A stretch of DNA of 64,000 nucleotides from Thermodesulfobacteriota bacterium (GTDB lineage Bacteria; Desulfobacterota_D; UBA1144; Nemesobacterales; JAJCZQ01): assembly GCA_965215275.1 (NCBI GenBank), contig OZ244044.1, forward strand, positions 1,600,001-1,664,000, given 5' to 3'. Positions 60,300 through 64,000 of the stretch are shown here, one piece after another; position 1 is the stretch's first letter, and the number at the start of each line of letters is the position of its first letter. Position numbers and translations under genes: made by a program. The notes beneath the pieces are model-generated. The model did not search any database. It was not told the origin of the DNA and saw nothing but the letters and a program-made list of their open reading frames with translations.

Positions 60300-62015
60300 A
60301 TGAAAAAAACACCCCGAACTAAACCAAAGGACTTAATGCACACGGTCAGCTATAAGAGAGAAAACGGGAAGTTTGACGTTGAGTGGTACCTGAAGGAGGA
60401 TATGACTGGATGGGTGCTTCCTGAAATACTGAAAAAGCAGGCAAAGGAACTGGGGAAAAAGCCGTTCTTACAGTTTGGATATAACAGGCCTGTAAGCTTT
60501 TACCAGACGAACCAGCTTGCCAACAGGATTGCGAACGGATTGATGGAACTGGGCGTTAAAAAGCAGGAAAAGGTCGCGGTATATATGCCAAACTCCGACG
60601 ACTACGTTATTACATGGTTTGGCATACTTAAGATGTGTGCCGTTATGGTACCGATCAACACGGCGTACGTTATGGACTTTCTTCAGTACATTATTGAAAG
60701 CTCTGATGCAAAGGTCCTTTTTATAGACGAGAACTACCTTGACAGACTTCGTCCGATAGCCCGGAAGCTCCCTCAGCTTGAAAGCGTAATAGTATGGAAA
60801 AAAGACGGGACACTTAAACCTAAGAAAAGCGGTTTTAAATTTAAGAACATGGTGTCTTATTCGGATTTTATATCCTCTCAGAGTGCAAAAGAACCCAGAG
60901 TTGAGATCACCTTTATGGATTATGCAAGGCTGATGTACACTTCGGGAACTACAGGAAGGTCAAAAGGCGTTATGAGACCGTCAGCTGCCGATTACAGCAG
61001 TGCAAGGAACTACATCGAGATAATGGACATCGGCCCGGATGACGTCTGTTTTACGTGCCTGCCTTTATTTCATTCAAATGCAATGGTCATGACCGTTTAT
61101 CCCGCTCTGATAAGAGGTGCGAAGGCTGTCGTGGAAGAAAAATACAGTGCACGCAACTTCTGGAAATGGATAGTTGACCACAAGGTGACGAAGTTTAATC
61201 TCGTTGGCACGATATGCTATTTTATCTGGAATACCCCTCCCGTGCCCGAGGAGAAGCAGCATTGTGTGAAGCTGGTTCTGGGTTCGCCTGCACCACACGA
61301 TATTATAGAAGAATTTATGGAAAGGTTTAACATAAGGTTTATGGAGGGTTATGGATTGACGGAGATCGGTCAGTGCACCTGGATGAGGCCTGGTGAACCT
61401 TTTAGGGTCGGGTCTTGCGGAAAAGAAGCTCCGAATTATGAAATAAAGGTCGTTGATCCTGAAACGGACCTGGAAGTTTCAAGGGGTGACATAGGAGAAA
61501 TAGTGGTAAGACCGAGGATCTCTAATATAATGCTTCACTATTACCATAAAATGCCTGAAAAGACGGTACAGGATTTCAGGAATTTCTGGTTTCACACGGG
61601 TGATGCGGGAAGGATGGATAAGGACGGGTATATATATTTTGTTGACCGCGTGAAGGATTACATAAGGAGAAGAGGGGAAAATATAAGTTCATTTGAGGTT
61701 GAAAAGATCGTTAATTCATATCCGGATATAGAAGAATCCGCCGTAATAGGCGTTAAGGCGGAAGAAGGCAGGTACGCTGAAAATGAGATCATGATAGTTG
61801 TGATCCCGAAAGGGAATAAAACTGTGGACCCCGTGGACCTGATAAAGTTCCTTGAACCAAAGATGCCTGCTTTTATGATTCCCAGGTACGTCAGATCTGT
61901 AAAGGACCTTCCCAAAACCGGAACGCAGAGAACGCAGAAGAACAAGATCAGAGAGCAGGGGATTACAAAAGATACCTGGGACAGAGAGAGATCTGGTTAC
62001 AAATTAAAGAAATAA
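60300..62015 (+). CDS. AMP-dependent acyl-CoA ligase, CaiC-like
   Basis: YTSGTTGRSKG, YGLTE, FHTGD, RRRGENISSFEVE. Confidence 0.9.
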   Translation: MKKTPRTKPKDLMHTVSYKRENGKFDVEWYLKEDMTGWVLPEILKKQAKELGKKPFLQFGYNRPVSFYQTNQLANRIANGLMELGVKKQEKVAVYMPNSDDYVITWFGILKMCAVMVPINTAYVMDFLQYIIESSDAKVLFIDENYLDRLRPIARKLPQLESVIVWKKDGTLKPKKSGFKFKNMVSYSDFISSQSAKEPRVEITFMDYARLMYTSGTTGRSKGVMRPSAADYSSARNYIEIMDIGPDDVCFTCLPLFHSNAMVMTVYPALIRGAKAVVEEKYSARNFWKWIVDHKVTKFNLVGTICYFIWNTPPVPEEKQHCVKLVLGSPAPHDIIEEFMERFNIRFMEGYGLTEIGQCTWMRPGEPFRVGSCGKEAPNYEIKVVDPETDLEVSRGDIGEIVVRPRISNIMLHYYHKMPEKTVQDFRNFWFHTGDAGRMDKDGYIYFVDRVKDYIRRRGENISSFEVEKIVNSYPDIEESAVIGVKAEEGRYAENEIMIVVIPKGNKTVDPVDLIKFLEPKMPAFMIPRYVRSVKDLPKTGTQRTQKNKIREQGITKDTWDRERSGYKLKK

Positions 62016-62190
62016 AAACAGTTTTCAGGGGGATATGGTCATAACGCGTGGGAACGGCAGATCAGATGGGATTTGCTTTGCCTGTTTCACAATGCCGATG
62101 TGAACGGTTATTCGTCCTTGAAAACAGTTAAAATGGTTGATAACCTTTAATTAATTTGAGTTGTGTAGTTTAAGGTTCAGGAGGTATCGG

Positions 62191-62901
62191 ATGAGTAAAG
62201 TGAAAGTATTTATGGTTGTTACTGCTGTACTGATAGCGGGATTCTACACTTATGGTTGTGTTTCCAAGGTACAAAAGAAATTATCTGACACCCAGGCTGC
62301 TTTGATATCAGCGAAAGAAGCGGGGGCAGAAGGTACCTCACTGTATAAGAACGTGGAAGACCTGATCGCAAAAGCGAATGAACTTATGGCCGAAGGGAAA
62401 CAGGACGAGGCGGTCGATCTTTTGGAGGAAGCGAGAACCAAGGCTATTGTAGCAAAAGGGGAGATAATCGAGACGGATTACATGGAGATGAGATCCGATG
62501 CCGAGTTACAAGAGGAAGCCGCCAGACTGAAAGTTCAGAAATTCGAGGCTTCAAGTATGCTTCAGGATGTGTTTTTTGACTTTGACAGTGCTAAAATAAC
62601 GCCTGCTTCAAGGCAGGTACTTGATAAAAGTATAAAATATCTTATGAAAGATCCGGAAAGTTCGAAGGTCGTTGTTGTAGAGGGTTATTGCGACGTGCGG
62701 GGAACGGAAGAATATAACCTTGCACTTGCACAGCGAAGGGCCGACACCGTGAAGTTCTATATGATCGGAAGGGGCGTACCCAGTTCAATGATCAGGGCGG
62801 TAGGTAAAGGTGAGACTGACCGATGGGGTGCCGGTACGTCGGATTATCAATACAGTCAGAACAGACGGGCACGTTTTATCGTTGAACGGATCAGTGAGTA
62901 A
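62191..62901 (+). CDS. OmpA/Pal-family lipoprotein with helical N-terminal extension
   Basis: Lipobox YGC; VFFDFD, EGYCD.RGT.EYN..L..RRA, NRR. Confidence 0.85.
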   Translation: MSKVKVFMVVTAVLIAGFYTYGCVSKVQKKLSDTQAALISAKEAGAEGTSLYKNVEDLIAKANELMAEGKQDEAVDLLEEARTKAIVAKGEIIETDYMEMRSDAELQEEAARLKVQKFEASSMLQDVFFDFDSAKITPASRQVLDKSIKYLMKDPESSKVVVVEGYCDVRGTEEYNLALAQRRADTVKFYMIGRGVPSSMIRAVGKGETDRWGAGTSDYQYSQNRRARFIVERISE

Positions 62902-62905
62902 ACGG

Positions 62906-63742
62906 ATGAATTTTTTGTTATTTTCAATAATCGTTCCGGTTTTGCTTCTTGTCTCGGCCTGTGTGGCAACGCAGGATGACGTAGGTGGCATCTATGCCAG
63001 ACAGAACAGGATCGAGGCCAAAGTGAAACAGCTGTCGGACAAGCTGGACTCAATAGACGGCGGGGCAGGTGAACTGAACACGGCCCCGAATATCGCAGAT
63101 CAGGTTTTTCAGCTTGAGGTAAAGGTCTACGACGTTGAACAGAAACTGTCACTGTTTGAAAAACAACTTAACACGATTATAAAGAACGGGGAAATAGAGT
63201 CTTTTCAACTGCCGAGATTTCCTGACCTTCAAAATAAGGATGATACACATGCCCTGCCTGGTTCGCTTCAGGATAATGCGAAAAAACAGGTTAAGGGAAG
63301 GGTAAAACAAGTAGTAAGAACAAGATCAGAGCAAAAGGAAAAGTCAGGAACAAAAAGCGAAAAAAATCCCGAAGCCGAGTTAAAAGATGCTTACAGAGAT
63401 ACTAACTTAGGCAAGTATGCAAGTGCCAGGAGAAAGTTCCGGAGTTTTATGAGGGAGTATCCCGGTTCGCAGCGAGGTGCTGACGCGGCTTTTATGATAG
63501 CGGATTCCTATTACAAGGAAGGGCTTTATGAAGAGGCCGTGCTTGAGTATCAGGAGTTTATTGATAAGCACCCGAACGACTCTCGTGTACCCCTGGCATA
63601 TCTGAGACAGCCCTTGAGCTTAATGGAGCTGGGTAAAAAGGAACAGGCAAGGTTGTTTCTGGAGATCCTCATTGACAAGTATCCAAAGTCGCGGGAAGCG
63701 AATGAGGCAAAAAAGTTAATACCAAAACTCAGAAGAAGATAG
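62906..63742 (+). CDS. CpoB/YbgF-like TPR lipoprotein
   Basis: Lipobox VSAC, coiled coil, TPRs; follows Pal; start uncertain (62894 or 62906). Confidence 0.8.
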   Translation: MNFLLFSIIVPVLLLVSACVATQDDVGGIYARQNRIEAKVKQLSDKLDSIDGGAGELNTAPNIADQVFQLEVKVYDVEQKLSLFEKQLNTIIKNGEIESFQLPRFPDLQNKDDTHALPGSLQDNAKKQVKGRVKQVVRTRSEQKEKSGTKSEKNPEAELKDAYRDTNLGKYASARRKFRSFMREYPGSQRGADAAFMIADSYYKEGLYEEAVLEYQEFIDKHPNDSRVPLAYLRQPLSLMELGKKEQARLFLEILIDKYPKSREANEAKKLIPKLRRR

Positions 63743-63856
63743 CTGATCTTGTTCAGTAATACCGTGCTGGTCCGGAGCGTCAGTTTTCTATCGGCTGTAT
63801 TTGAACGGGTATAGGTCCTTCCTCTTCTCCACAGCAAAGTTCAGGAAGTAAGTGTG

Positions 63857-64000
63857 ATGCCTTCTTTTAAAAGATCTGAAAAACTGTTCATTAAGGCCAA
63901 TAAGTATATGGTAGGTGGGGTTAACAGTCCCGTAAGGTCCTTCAGCGCGGTTGGTGGAACACCTGTATTTATTTCAAAAGCAAAAGGCTCGAGGATATCT
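63857..64000 (+). CDS. hemL: Glutamate-1-semialdehyde aminotransferase, 5' part, runs off the window
   Basis: [11 protein letters not shown]...[20 protein letters not shown]. Confidence 0.9.
   Translation, partial: MPSFKRSEKLFIKANKYMVGGVNSPVRSFSAVGGTPVFISKAKGSRIS

Noticed and set aside
184..63837. Many short antisense or overlapping ORFs in the ORF track
   Set aside because: They overlap well-supported genes and show no recognisable motifs; treated as shadow ORFs.

Overview
Bacterial chromosomal window from a diderm (Tol-Pal/ExbBD, Wzm/Wzt), possibly Ca. Dadabacteria or another deltaproteobacteria-like lineage (inference only). It is mostly housekeeping: pstSCAB-arsC-phoU, hisIE, rpoZ, ssb-glmU-glmS, ribF-aroE, ribBA-ribH-nusB-trpDC, pepA, hemD/E-hemH-hemY, lysA, pal-cpoB-hemL, tRNA-Thr, plus a small surface-glycan cluster. 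Two accessory systems stand out. (1) Three tnpB genes with intact RuvC motifs and no transposase each sit in an element with 25-27-bp terminal inverted repeats starting GGGAAT(T/A)ATA and an 8-bp target-site duplication. These are DDE (IS1595/ISNwi1-like) ends, not IS200/IS605/IS607 ends. Their 3' regions share a covarying omegaRNA-like structure that appears to fold the right TIR into the scaffold, which predicts a guide beginning with the TSD. (2) Three paralogous surface proteins (two catalytically degenerate S8 domains, Ig-like repeats in two, a shared GGGC-TM-basic tail) each have the signal peptide frameshifted at a poly-C tract, consistent with phase variation. All calls come from reading the sequence by eye; no searches were run.
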